Origin: Terriglobia bacterium
Lineage (GTDB): Bacteria; Acidobacteriota; Terriglobia; 20CM-2-55-15
Assembly (NCBI GenBank): GCA_965218585.1
Contig: CBDCLE010000003.1
Span: 224,001-288,000 of the forward strand
DNA: 64,000 nt
Direction: 5' to 3'
A program made the position numbers and the translations under genes. Positions 1 to 10,002 of the stretch are shown one piece after another; the first letter of the stretch is position 1; each line of letters begins with the position of its first letter. The notes below the pieces were generated by a model. It saw only the letters and a list, made by a program, of their open reading frames with translations, was not told where the DNA came from and did not search any database.

Positions 1-1
1 G

Positions 2-2422
2 GTGGAACGCCATCGCGAAACTGCGCAGCGACTGGCCCACCCCGAGGGACTCGATGATGCCGAAGCCCGGCAATTGGCGCAAACCGGAGTCGCCTTTGTC
101 CACATCGACGGCGGTTTGCATGCCTCCGAAGTGGCCGGGGCCCAGCACACGATACAGCTGGCCTACGACCTGGTGGGTCACACCAACGACCCACAGATCC
201 GGGAGATCCTCGACAATACCGTCGTCCTCCTGTGGCCGTCGCTGAATCCGGACGGCCAGGACATCGTGGTCGACTGGTATCGGGAGAACGTGGGAACGCC
301 CTACGAAGTCGCTCCGCTCAACCAGCTGTATCAACCTTTCGTGGGACACGACAACAACCGCGACGCCTATATGCTCAACATGCTCGAGTCGCGGGTTGTG
401 ACGCGGACGTGGCGGCATTGGGAGCCGCAGATCATCTACGTGCATCACCAGACGGCGCCCTTCCCCACGCGGATCTGGCTGCCGCCATTTGCGGAGCCCA
501 TCGGCGTACAGGCGCCACCGCTGATGTCCCGGACCGTCAACATGATCGGGATGGCGATCGCGCACGGCCTCGAGTCCAACGGACAAATCGGCGCGACCCA
601 TATGGGGACGGGATATGACGCCTGGTATCCCGGCTACATCGACTACATGCCGATGTTCCAGAACATCGCTTCGTTCTGGACCGAGACGGCCCTGTACCGC
701 TACGCGACTCCCCATTTCTACACCATTAATGATTTTCCCGAGGATCAGCGAGACCTGCGTCCAAAGTCTCTGTATTCGAGTCCGTGGCCCGGTGGCTGGT
801 GGCGCCTGCGGGACGCGGTGGACTACATGCGCACCGCCTCGTTATCGGTGCTTACCTACGCGGCCAAATACAAAGAGACATTGCTCTACAACCGCTATCA
901 GTCGGGTAGGGATGTTATCCGGAAATACCGCTCCGGACCGCCTTATGCTTACTTCGTTCCGCAGGAACAGCACGACCCGGTAGCTCCAGCCGAGCTTCTG
1001 AAACGACTGGCCTTCAATGGCATCCGCATTCTTCAGCTTAGCGAAGAGGTAAGCCACGAAGGACTCGCCTACCCCGCAGGCACCTGGGTGGTTCCCATGG
1101 ATCAGGAATTCGGAGAACTGGTGCGGGAGCTGTTGGATGAGCAGGAGTATCCCGATCTGCGGGAGTTTCCCGACGGTCCCCTCGAACAACCCTACGACGC
1201 GGCCGGTTGGTCTCTGCCTCACCAGATGGGAGTGAGGGTCATAGCCGCTACACAACCGTTAGAGGAGAACGTCCGGAATGCCATGACCCCGGTCCGTGGC
1301 GAAGCTGATGCCTGGTCTTCCGGCGATGAAGAGCCGCCAGGGTACGACACCCATGCCGTTGCCGCGGGCATTGCTCCGCTGCCGGGACAAACAGCTGGGG
1401 ACGGAGACCGGTTGGTGGTGGACCCGCGGCAGAATAATGCATTCGTAGCCGTCGGACGCGCGCTCCAGACAGGCGGTGAGGTTCGTTTCCAGGACTCAGG
1501 GGAAGGGGGGCGTTACGTCATCTCTGGCGTGAATTCGGCCGACCAACAGGCCTGGGTCGAGGAACTTTCGCTTCAAGCCACTTGGACGGGAGATGGATCC
1601 GGCGCTCGAACACGCGCACGAATCGGACTCTACCGGCCGTGGCAGGCCAGTATGGACGAGGGATGGACCAGATGGCTCCTTGAAGGATACGAGCTCCCGT
1701 ACTCCAATCTCAGGAACGCCGAGGTGCGAGCAGGCCGACTGCGTGATCGCTATGACGTCATCATTCTCGCGGCCGACGGGCCGGGAACGATTCTGGATGG
1801 TTTTGCCCGAGGCACGGTGCCCGAACAGTTTGAGGGCGGACTCGGCACAGCAGGTGTGCGCGCACTCGATGATTTCGTGCGCGCCGGCGGCACCGTCGTT
1901 TGTTTCAATCAGAGCAGCGACTTCGCAATCCAGCAATTCAATCTACCCGTTCGGAACGTCGTGGCAGACCTCGAGCGAGGAGATTTCTTCGTCAGTGGAT
2001 CGATACTCCAGGTGGCGGTGGATCGCAGCCATCCGATCATGGCCGGGATGCCGGAGCAGGCCGACGTGTTTGTCGATCGCAGTCCGGTCTTCAGCACCGA
2101 GGACGATTTCCAGGGCTCGGCGCTGGCCAAGTATGCCGAGCAGGGGTCGCCTCTGGTATCGGGTTATCTCCTCGGCGAGGAACACCTACAAGGATACGCT
2201 GCGGCACTGGATGTGCATCATGGTGACGGCCACGTCATCCTGATCGGGTTCCGTCCGCAATGGCGCGGACAGCCCTTCGGTACATTCCGCACGGTCTTTA
2301 ACGCCGCGCTGTACGGTGGAGAGTTGTCGGGGAGCGTAACGGGAAATCCGGACTTCTGGACCGCACCGGAGGAAGGATCGGACGAGGCAGCGGATTCCGG
2401 AAATGCGACAGAGCAGCGATGA
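2..2422 (+). CDS. M14 family zinc carboxypeptidase with C-terminal class I glutamine amidotransferase-like domain (5' truncated by window edge)
   Basis: DGGLHASE (HxxE), PSLNPDG, GHDNNRD and YVHHQ motifs typical of M14; C-terminal RIGLY..SMDEGWTRW..YDVIIL domain; ORF open at window start. Confidence 0.85.
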   Translation: MERHRETAQRLAHPEGLDDAEARQLAQTGVAFVHIDGGLHASEVAGAQHTIQLAYDLVGHTNDPQIREILDNTVVLLWPSLNPDGQDIVVDWYRENVGTPYEVAPLNQLYQPFVGHDNNRDAYMLNMLESRVVTRTWRHWEPQIIYVHHQTAPFPTRIWLPPFAEPIGVQAPPLMSRTVNMIGMAIAHGLESNGQIGATHMGTGYDAWYPGYIDYMPMFQNIASFWTETALYRYATPHFYTINDFPEDQRDLRPKSLYSSPWPGGWWRLRDAVDYMRTASLSVLTYAAKYKETLLYNRYQSGRDVIRKYRSGPPYAYFVPQEQHDPVAPAELLKRLAFNGIRILQLSEEVSHEGLAYPAGTWVVPMDQEFGELVRELLDEQEYPDLREFPDGPLEQPYDAAGWSLPHQMGVRVIAATQPLEENVRNAMTPVRGEADAWSSGDEEPPGYDTHAVAAGIAPLPGQTAGDGDRLVVDPRQNNAFVAVGRALQTGGEVRFQDSGEGGRYVISGVNSADQQAWVEELSLQATWTGDGSGARTRARIGLYRPWQASMDEGWTRWLLEGYELPYSNLRNAEVRAGRLRDRYDVIILAADGPGTILDGFARGTVPEQFEGGLGTAGVRALDDFVRAGGTVVCFNQSSDFAIQQFNLPVRNVVADLERGDFFVSGSILQVAVDRSHPIMAGMPEQADVFVDRSPVFSTEDDFQGSALAKYAEQGSPLVSGYLLGEEHLQGYAAALDVHHGDGHVILIGFRPQWRGQPFGTFRTVFNAALYGGELSGSVTGNPDFWTAPEEGSDEAADSGNATEQR

Positions 2423-2509
2423 ACGATCGTGGAGGGCCGCGAGTACGACCGACTCGTCTTGAAGGAGCACGAGAACCGCGAAAGGTGCGGCAATAGATCA
2501 CAATCGAGC

Positions 2510-2537
2510 GGCACAACGCCTCGAAGGGCATTGTGCC
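2510..2537. terminator. Hairpin between convergent genes, possible terminator
   Basis: ggcacaacgcc-tcgaag-ggcattgtgcc, 11-bp stem with 1 mismatch; no clear U-tract. Confidence 0.35.
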
Positions 2538-2547
2538 TACCCGTGAC

Positions 2548-3030
2548 CTACCGGGGATTGATCTGTCCGTAATCCCAGTGCTCGTCGACCAGATTGTTCC
2601 GGACGCGGAACATCTCGAACCATGTCGTCGTGTAGGTCTCGCCCGGGCTCCGGGGATTGTCGAACTCACGCCGGAACGCCATGATCACCATGTCGTCTTC
2701 GGCGAAGATCGTAACCAGGTCCGGAATCGTCTCCTCGAGCTCGTTACGTGGTGCACCCGACATTATTCGCACAAATGGTTCGCGGCCGGACGCTACGCCC
2801 GGATTGTGCTGGATGTAGGCATCCGAAACGAACTCCGGAGCCCTGTCCATGTCGCGGGCGTCGAGGATGACCCGCCAGAAGTCATAGACCAGCTTCTTGT
2901 TCGCCGCCAGTTGCGGGTCGTCGCTCCCGAGCAATGCCTGTTGATTCCTGCTCACCATAACGGGCTCCTGCGCGAGGGCCGGCGTTACAATCGCTACGGC
3001 GATTAATAGAAACAGTAGCTTCTTCGTCAA
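2548..3030 (-). CDS. Exported SnoaL-like / NTF2-fold protein
   Basis: ANKKLVYDFWR, YIQHNP and EHWD motifs; likely TTG start at 3030 after an AGGAAGGA RBS, followed by a signal peptide (KKLLFLLIAVAIVTPALA-Q); the ORF-track start at 3138 overlaps the upstream gene. Confidence 0.75.
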   Translation of the reverse strand: MTKKLLFLLIAVAIVTPALAQEPVMVSRNQQALLGSDDPQLAANKKLVYDFWRVILDARDMDRAPEFVSDAYIQHNPGVASGREPFVRIMSGAPRNELEETIPDLVTIFAEDDMVIMAFRREFDNPRSPGETYTTTWFEMFRVRNNLVDEHWDYGQINPR

Positions 3031-3085
3031 TGGGTCCTTCCTTTCCTCTCGTGTTTTTGTTGTCGTTTCGTGACTCTGACGCATC

Positions 3086-5884
3086 CTATCTTCCCGCAGG
3101 TTCCGCTTCGCTCTCCAGGTAGGACACACCTTCAGCAATCCACTTCACGGGTTCCTGCCCCTTCAAGTAGGACCCGAACCACTCGATAATCCTGTCATGA
3201 TAGTCGATCTGGTTCTCTTTGATGGCCAGACTGTGGTTTTCGCCCGGGTATACGAGAAGCACCAGTTGTTTGCCCAGTCGACGGGCTGCGTTGTACATCT
3301 CGATTCCCTGGTGCCAGTCGACCGATCCGTCCTTGTCACCGAACGTGATCAGCAGGGGCGTTTCGAGTCTTTCAATCGAAAATATGGGCGAGTTCCGGAC
3401 GTAGGCTTCACGGTCAGTCCAGAACGGGACTTCCATGCGCTCCTGACCGACTTCGAAGTGGCCGGTTTCCGGAATTCCCGTGTTCCAGAAAACCGACCCA
3501 TACATGCTGAAGAGGTTGGTCAGCGGCGCACCGGCGACTGCGGCCTGAAACAGATCCGTCTGTGTCGCGACGAAGGTCGTCTCGTACCCTCCCCAGGAGT
3601 GTCCCACCAACCCGAGCCGGGCCGGATCGACCATGCCGGTTTCGAGTACCTTTTCGACGGCGGACTCGATGCAATCCAGTGCCGATGCGCCAGGTTCGCG
3701 AGCCTGATACACGATGTCGGGCTGCAGGACGAAATAGCCCTCGGCGTTGAAAACGCTCGTGTTATAGGGAGCCCGCAGGGAAAGGGGCGTGTAGCGGTGC
3801 AGTAGCTGGGACCTCTTTTCATAGATCAGGACCACCATCGGGTAGGTTCTGCCCGGCTCGTAGTCTGACGGGTAGAACAGCGCGCCCTGAAGGCGGTCTC
3901 CATTGGAGTTTTCGTATTCGATCAACTCCGATCGGCCCCAGAGATGTTCCTGCTGAAAAGGGTTCGTTGACGTCACCTGTTCCGCATCTCCCAGATCTGC
4001 TCCACCCACGAAATAGTCGGGTGAGTCGTCGAAACCCTCTTCGACGTAGGCATAGGCGTCGGCGTGCTCGGCTTTGATCAACTCTGAAAGCTCTTTGTTG
4101 CGCCACACGAGCCGTTCGGCCCGAGCCGTCCCTTCCGGGTCCACTCGGGCAAAGCCAGACTGTTTTGTCCACTCCCCGTAGAGGGACAGGTACATAGGTT
4201 CCTCGGAGGAGATCGCTTCTTGATCAGGATCCAGCCGGACATAGCGGTGCCGGATCTGGTCGTCGCGTCCCCGTGTAACCCTCATGGGAGGGGAAGCGTC
4301 GGTCGGTACAGCCCACACATCGTACCTGTCGTAGAGGACAACGGCCCGATCCCCGGTTGTCCAACCCGCCATTCCGTAGGGCGGTTTCTGAGGTGCCGTG
4401 TGATCGTCCTCCTGGTTGACGAAGACGGTAGAGAGGCCCGCGGTGAGGTTCCGGTGAGTGTCGTCGGCGAGATTGTAGATCCAATAGTGATCATCCTTGA
4501 AGTAAGCCAGGTACCCGCCGTCCGGACTCGAACTCAAGGTCGAATCGGGGAATCGGGATCCACCCCACTGCTGCTCGACAATCTTCCGCCTCTCACCCGT
4601 CTGAAGATCAATCAGGTAGACATCGCGCTGCCCTCGACCGAACATGCTCTCGAAACGATAGGGTTCCAGATCGAATGCCAGTGCAAACCGGTCTCCACCG
4701 AGTGGCCAGACGTCTTCCGTGTCTTCATCTCCCAGCGGCAGGAACCCTCCGGAATCGAGATGCCACACCGACAGATAGTTCTTTTCGCGATCTTCTTTCG
4801 CGTTGAGCTTCTGTTCCGGAATGGCGTTCAAGTCTCTGGGATGCCAGACTTCGACCGTCGCACGGCGGCGATCGGCGTCATCGTCTTCTTCCGCGTCCCC
4901 ATCTGACAGCTCTTCGAGTTTCTCCCATTCTTTGATACCGAAATAGATCGCGTTGCCGTCATCCGCCCACTCCGGTTGCCGGAACTGGACGATCCGCATG
5001 TCGTCGGGGAAGCCGACTTCAGTTGTCGGGTCAAAGGTGATCGACGCGTCTTCTGAGACATCGAGGTCCTTCCACGCGAGAACGACATGGGTGTCGGTCT
5101 CGTAGTCGTCGCTTTCCAGGGATCGGAGGACCGCCAGGTCGTGGGCATCTTTTCTCCACGCAAGACCGCTGTAGGTTGCCCCTCCGGAATCCAGCACCCG
5201 CAGCCGCCCCGTCGATGGATCCAGCACCCGTATCCCATTGCCCGTGTTTCCTTTCACGGCGGTCGTCATGGCGAGCAGATCGCCCGCGTCCTGCCACGTA
5301 AATTCCGAGATATCGCCGAAGTGGAGGTCGGTCCCGTCGGCCAGATCGCGGATGATCAAGTCGGCGCCGGCTGCTCGGTCCTCTCCTTCCTCCTCCGAAG
5401 CCTCGCTATCACCACCCTGTGGATATCGGAGGATCGCAAGGTAGAGTCCGTCATCGCTGAAGAGAAACGACGATACGCCTTCGAGGGTCTCGATGTTCCC
5501 ACTACCGGTATCGAACAAACCCATGTCATAGGGTGTGGGCTGACCGTCTTCTTCGAGTCTTCGTCTTTCGTCCTCATGGATATCGATCCGATAGGCAAGG
5601 TAGCGGGAGTCATCAGAGAACAGTGCCCGAGCGCCGAAGTTGGATTCCGTGACCTCTCCTGTTGTCAGGTTGTGAATTCGTAACTCATGGTTCCCATCCC
5701 CGCGGCGGACTTCCTGTGCCAACCATTCGCCGTTGGGTGACAACACACCAGTACCTGGAGTCTCCCATTTCCCATAATCCTCAATCTGGATGGCTCGTTT
5801 CTCTTGAGCCAGGACGTGGGGGGTAGACAACAGAAACAAAATAAGCACCTGAAACCATGAGAAACGCATGAATCGATTTTGCAT
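3086..5884 (-). CDS. Exported S9 family serine peptidase (prolyl oligopeptidase / acylaminoacyl peptidase-like)
   Basis: GHSWGG nucleophile elbow, GDKDGSV Asp and YPGENH His; N-terminal propeller region; signal peptide from MQNRF at 5884. Confidence 0.88.
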   Translation of the reverse strand: MQNRFMRFSWFQVLILFLLSTPHVLAQEKRAIQIEDYGKWETPGTGVLSPNGEWLAQEVRRGDGNHELRIHNLTTGEVTESNFGARALFSDDSRYLAYRIDIHEDERRRLEEDGQPTPYDMGLFDTGSGNIETLEGVSSFLFSDDGLYLAILRYPQGGDSEASEEEGEDRAAGADLIIRDLADGTDLHFGDISEFTWQDAGDLLAMTTAVKGNTGNGIRVLDPSTGRLRVLDSGGATYSGLAWRKDAHDLAVLRSLESDDYETDTHVVLAWKDLDVSEDASITFDPTTEVGFPDDMRIVQFRQPEWADDGNAIYFGIKEWEKLEELSDGDAEEDDDADRRRATVEVWHPRDLNAIPEQKLNAKEDREKNYLSVWHLDSGGFLPLGDEDTEDVWPLGGDRFALAFDLEPYRFESMFGRGQRDVYLIDLQTGERRKIVEQQWGGSRFPDSTLSSSPDGGYLAYFKDDHYWIYNLADDTHRNLTAGLSTVFVNQEDDHTAPQKPPYGMAGWTTGDRAVVLYDRYDVWAVPTDASPPMRVTRGRDDQIRHRYVRLDPDQEAISSEEPMYLSLYGEWTKQSGFARVDPEGTARAERLVWRNKELSELIKAEHADAYAYVEEGFDDSPDYFVGGADLGDAEQVTSTNPFQQEHLWGRSELIEYENSNGDRLQGALFYPSDYEPGRTYPMVVLIYEKRSQLLHRYTPLSLRAPYNTSVFNAEGYFVLQPDIVYQAREPGASALDCIESAVEKVLETGMVDPARLGLVGHSWGGYETTFVATQTDLFQAAVAGAPLTNLFSMYGSVFWNTGIPETGHFEVGQERMEVPFWTDREAYVRNSPIFSIERLETPLLITFGDKDGSVDWHQGIEMYNAARRLGKQLVLLVYPGENHSLAIKENQIDYHDRIIEWFGSYLKGQEPVKWIAEGVSYLESEAEPAGR

Positions 5885-5958
5885 GACACTACCTCGGTAT
5901 GCGGAAGTCCCTCGACGAGGGTTGGCAAAGCCGGAGCCCGACTTCATTGGCCCCAACA

Positions 5959-6972
5959 TCAGTCGTTAAAGATTTCCTTCGCGATCATCGCGCGGATCCC
6001 CTTCGTCCCGTCGACCACTTGAGTCACAAACATGTCCATGGCCACGCTACACAGGAGAATCGCGGTCTCCCGGTCGATCCCCTTCGTTTCGACCAGAAAG
6101 TCAATCATTTCGTCCGCGGCGATCCCGGCAGCCTCGTCCAGATCTGCATTGAGACCCATCGTCATGTAATGAGTGGGCGTTTCGGCTCGGGGCCATTCCA
6201 TCGGCTGGTTCTTGTGCAGAAACACCTGGATCTCACCCTTGAGAGAGGCTTCCACCGCCGAACCCGCGATCTCCCCGTACCCCTGGACAGCGTGGCCATC
6301 GCCGATCGAGAGGAGCGCGCCGGAATTGTGAACCGGCAGGTACAAGGTACTTCCCGGTCCCAGGTCGCGATTGTCCATGTTGCCGCCGAAGAAGTCGGGC
6401 GGACCACTGCCGACCCGTCCCATCTCCGGTGGTGGTGCCACACCGATCACACCCCAGAATGGCTGGATAGGAACCACGACACTCGGAGCGAACTCCACCG
6501 TCCGGTTCTCCATGTCGATCCGGTGGACCATCGCGACATCCGGCTCGACCTCTCCTACGAAAAGTCGGCCGGCGATACCCTGACCGGCGATGGACAGCCT
6601 GACGTCAACCTCACGGATCCGGATCTCCAGCATGTCGCCGGGTTCGGCCCCGTTTACGAAGATCGGACCGTTCAGCGTGTGATCTCCTCGTCTGTCGGAG
6701 TCATAGTCTTCATAGAGAACATAGAGTTCGGCGGGGATCTGATCGCGTGGAACGCCCAGGCTCTCGAACCAGCGCGGATTGCCCGTCGCGGTTTCCAGTT
6801 GCACGATGTCGCCCGATTCGATCTGCAGAACCGGCTCGAGAGTAGCGTCGAAGAAAGAGATGTGCGTGGTCTCCGGCGCGGCCTTGAGCTCGTGAATCGT
6901 GCCCGATTCCTGAGCCGACACAAACGAAACACTAAACAGTACGGCCGCGGCGACCGCGCTTATTCTCATCAT
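5959..6972 (-). CDS. Acetamidase/formamidase family protein with signal peptide
   Basis: HTLNGPIFVNGAEPGD, GGNMDN and GDGHAVQGYGE motifs; N-terminal signal peptide ending VSA-QE. Confidence 0.88.
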   Translation of the reverse strand: MMRISAVAAAVLFSVSFVSAQESGTIHELKAAPETTHISFFDATLEPVLQIESGDIVQLETATGNPRWFESLGVPRDQIPAELYVLYEDYDSDRRGDHTLNGPIFVNGAEPGDMLEIRIREVDVRLSIAGQGIAGRLFVGEVEPDVAMVHRIDMENRTVEFAPSVVVPIQPFWGVIGVAPPPEMGRVGSGPPDFFGGNMDNRDLGPGSTLYLPVHNSGALLSIGDGHAVQGYGEIAGSAVEASLKGEIQVFLHKNQPMEWPRAETPTHYMTMGLNADLDEAAGIAADEMIDFLVETKGIDRETAILLCSVAMDMFVTQVVDGTKGIRAMIAKEIFND

Positions 6973-7027
6973 GGCTTACTCCGCTACGCTCCAGTGTTCG
7001 AGGCGTGAGTGAATTCTGATCGAGGGA

Positions 7028-8335
7028 CTAGACGCCCACTTCTTCGATAAAGAAGGTGCGGAGATAGCCGGCCACGAGAACCTCTTCTCCATCACGCATG
7101 GAGTTGGTCTGGATTCGGTTGCCTCCAAAAATGCCCGACCAGACCACTCTGCGTTCCGATCTTCGGCCCAGTGTCTGCCGGGCTTCGGCCAAAGTGATGG
7201 GAATGACTTGCTCGTCCCACCCGATACGCACGTAGGGCACCTTCTCGCCTTCGTCAACGACCACCGCTTCGAATCCGGGTATATCCTGGAGCTGGCCCGC
7301 AACGTAATCGGCTTTCGTCTTCCAGTCGGAGCGAACGCCGGCGTGGTTCAGTCGCTCGTACCGGTTCAACGCAGCGATCAGACCGATGATCTCTTCCTTG
7401 CCAATCTTCATCCCGCGCCCGATATAGACGTTGGGTGAAGCCTGTATCCGGGCCGCTTCGATCAGGTCGGCACGTCCCGAGAGAATTCCTGTGGACTGCG
7501 GGCCCTGGACACCCTTACCGCCGCTAACGGCGACAAGGTCTGCGCCGAGTTCGTTGTACAAGCTGAGGTTTGCCGCCGGAGGCAGCAGTGAAGCGGCGTC
7601 TATCATGACCGGAATACCAGCGTTCTTGCCAATCTCAATCAGGTCCGGCATATGCACGGTATCCGGGGTGTACTCGTGCATGACTTCATGCTCCGGCAAA
7701 CCGAAGATCATCGCGGTGTTCTCGCCGATCGCATTCAACAGCTGGTCACGGTTCTCGACCTCCACCAGGGTCGCGCCCGCGGCCCGCATGCCGTGATCAT
7801 ACGCGTACCGTTGCGTCTTCTGAATGATGACCTCCCGCTTGTTCCACGTCGGGTGCGGGAGCGCCTGCATCTTCTCCGTGTCGTTCCCGGTGAGGCAGGC
7901 GGCCGTGCCCAGAAGCAGAGCCCCTGTGGCGCCCGAGGTGATCAGCGCCGCTTCCGCCCGGACGACCTCGGCGGCCCGCCGTCCTGCGGCCAGATTCAGC
8001 TCATCCATGTGCACGAAGTATCCGTTGGCTTCCTGCATCGCGGCGATGACCTCGTCCGGCATGCGACAGCCACCGGAATTCGTCCCGTAACCGTGTGCGG
8101 GCACATGGGGTTGGACGTTCAGCAATCGGGTATAGACGTTGTCCTGGAGCTTAGCCTCGATTTCCTCAGGCTCCGAACCTGCTGGCTCCCCGACCCCAGC
8201 GGCCGTCTCGGCTGTGCCCTCGGGGGCGCAGCCGCTCGCCATTCCCACCGCGCCTGCGGCAAGAGTCGTGCGGAAGAAGTCGCGTCTGTTCCACTTGAGC
8301 TGGGAGAGTCCCAACCCGTCGAGTGATTCGTTCAT
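7028..8335 (-). CDS. SelA/DgaE-like PLP-dependent enzyme, predicted Tat lipoprotein (copy 1)
   Basis: AEAALITSGA, VMIDAAS, SGGK(PLP Lys)GVQGPQSTG and IGRGMKIGKEEI motifs; NRRDFF twin-arginine motif and ASGC lipobox; ATG 8335 after a GGAGG RBS. Confidence 0.82.
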   Translation of the reverse strand: MNESLDGLGLSQLKWNRRDFFRTTLAAGAVGMASGCAPEGTAETAAGVGEPAGSEPEEIEAKLQDNVYTRLLNVQPHVPAHGYGTNSGGCRMPDEVIAAMQEANGYFVHMDELNLAAGRRAAEVVRAEAALITSGATGALLLGTAACLTGNDTEKMQALPHPTWNKREVIIQKTQRYAYDHGMRAAGATLVEVENRDQLLNAIGENTAMIFGLPEHEVMHEYTPDTVHMPDLIEIGKNAGIPVMIDAASLLPPAANLSLYNELGADLVAVSGGKGVQGPQSTGILSGRADLIEAARIQASPNVYIGRGMKIGKEEIIGLIAALNRYERLNHAGVRSDWKTKADYVAGQLQDIPGFEAVVVDEGEKVPYVRIGWDEQVIPITLAEARQTLGRRSERRVVWSGIFGGNRIQTNSMRDGEEVLVAGYLRTFFIEEVGV

Positions 8336-8402
8336 GGTACCTCCAGTGATCAGCCTAAGGATGCGGATGTGGCACATGTTTTAGTCGATCTGTGCGCGTG
8401 CC
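8336..8402 (-). promoter_or_regulatory. Conserved upstream leader/promoter of SelA-like copy 1
   Basis: Clearly similar to 9730-9796, including the GGAGG RBS and a TAAAAC/TAAGAT -10-like hexamer. Confidence 0.5.
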
Positions 8403-8415
8403 TATGAACTTCCGC

Positions 8416-9729
8416 CTAAACACCCACTTCCTCGGTGAAGAACGTGCGGAGGTAGCGCGCTACGAGAACCTCCTCTCCATCACGCATGGAGAGCGTCTCG
8501 ATCCGGTTTCCTCCACGAATACGCGACCAGACCACTCTGCGTTCCGATCTCTGTCCTAGTGTCTGCCGGGCTTCGGCCAAACTGATGGGAATGATTTGCT
8601 CGTCCCACCCGATGCGCACGTAGGGTGGCTCCTCTTCGGGTTCAACGACGACCGCCTCAAATCCGGATATATCTTCGAGTTGGGCTGCAATGTAATCGGC
8701 TTTCGCCTTCCACTCCGATCGCACCCCCGGGTGGTCGAGTCTCTCGTACCGGTTCAGTGCCGCGATCAGACCAATGATCTCTTCCTTGCCAATCTTCATC
8801 CCACGCCCGATATAGACATTGGGCGAGGCCTGTGTCCGGGCCGCCTCGATCAGGTCGGCGCGTCCGGAGAGAATCCCTGTGGACTGCGGACCCTGGAGAC
8901 CCTTCCCGCCGCTGTAGGTCACAAGGTCTGCGCCCAGTTCGTTGTACAGGGTGAGGTTCGCCGGCGGAGGCAGCAGTGAAGCCGCGTCTATCATGACCGG
9001 GACGCCGGCATTCTTGCCGATTTCGATCAGGTCCGGCATGTGCACGGTATCAGGCGTGAATTCGTACATGAGTTCGTGCTCCGGCAAACCGAAGATCATC
9101 GCGGTGTTCTCGCTGATTGCATTCAAGAGTTGATCACGGTTCTCGACCTCCACTAGCGTCGCGCCGGCGGCCCGCATGGCGTGATCGTATGAGTACCGCT
9201 GCGACTTCTGAATGATGACCTCCCGCTTGGCCCACGTCGGATGCGGGAGCGCCTGCATCTTCTCTGTGTCGTTCCCCGTGAGGCAGGCGGCCGTGCCTAG
9301 AAGCAGCCCACCTGTTGCGCCCGAGGTGATCAGCGCGGCTTCCGCCCGTACGACCTCTGCGGCCCGCCGTCCTGCGGCCAGGTTGAGCTCATCCATCTGC
9401 ACGAAGTATCCGTTGGCTTCCTCGATCGCGGCGATGACCTCGTCCGGCATGCGGCAACCTCCGGAATTCGTGGGGTAACTGTGGGCGGGCACATGCGGTT
9501 GGACCCCCAGCAATCGGGTATAGACATTGTCCTGAAGCTTGCGCTCGATCTCTTCAGGCGTGGCCTGGGAACCGACTTGCCCGCCGGGGGCCGCTCCAGT
9601 CTCGCCGGTGTCGGGATCTACGCAACCGCTCGTCAGTCCCACCGCACCAGCGGCAAGAGTCGTCCGGAAGAAATCGCGTCTGTTCCACTTGAGCCCAGAG
9701 AGACTCAACTCGTCGGTTGATTTTTTCAT
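8416..9729 (-). CDS. SelA/DgaE-like PLP-dependent enzyme, predicted Tat lipoprotein (copy 2, tandem paralogue)
   Basis: Same motifs (YSGGKGLQGPQ); NRRDFF motif and TSGC lipobox; long near-identical stretches shared with 7028-8335. Confidence 0.82.
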   Translation of the reverse strand: MKKSTDELSLSGLKWNRRDFFRTTLAAGAVGLTSGCVDPDTGETGAAPGGQVGSQATPEEIERKLQDNVYTRLLGVQPHVPAHSYPTNSGGCRMPDEVIAAIEEANGYFVQMDELNLAAGRRAAEVVRAEAALITSGATGGLLLGTAACLTGNDTEKMQALPHPTWAKREVIIQKSQRYSYDHAMRAAGATLVEVENRDQLLNAISENTAMIFGLPEHELMYEFTPDTVHMPDLIEIGKNAGVPVMIDAASLLPPPANLTLYNELGADLVTYSGGKGLQGPQSTGILSGRADLIEAARTQASPNVYIGRGMKIGKEEIIGLIAALNRYERLDHPGVRSEWKAKADYIAAQLEDISGFEAVVVEPEEEPPYVRIGWDEQIIPISLAEARQTLGQRSERRVVWSRIRGGNRIETLSMRDGEEVLVARYLRTFFTEEVGV

Positions 9730-9796
9730 GGTACCTCCCGGTAATCAGCGTAAGGATGCAGATGTGGCAGCTATCTTAGCCGATTCGTGCGGTGCC
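9730..9796 (-). promoter_or_regulatory. Conserved upstream leader/promoter of SelA-like copy 2
   Basis: Homologous to 8336-8402. Confidence 0.5.
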
Positions 9797-10002
9797 AACT
9801 AATGGAATTCGATCGATCGGTACGAGCCAGGGAGAACCGTTTCTGCGTTGTTTCCACTATGGTGAACCTAATATTGGAAAGCATCGCCTTTGATTGACCC
9901 CAACGCCTGCCTTTTAATAAGATTCCGACAAATCTCGGCAACCTGGCTGAGGAAGTGAATAGGGTGAGGTCTGGCCGAGGACTGGATTCTCTGGAGGCAT
10001 TC

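Noticed and set aside
2423-2509. Protein-like reading (TIVEGREYDRLVLKEHE) after the M14 stop
   Set aside because: Too short, no start codon or RBS, and no recognisable family
7028-9729. Calling these genes selA or a selenocysteine system
   Set aside because: Export signals are present, there is no selB, selC or selD nearby, and the motifs fit the SelA-like/DgaE group better
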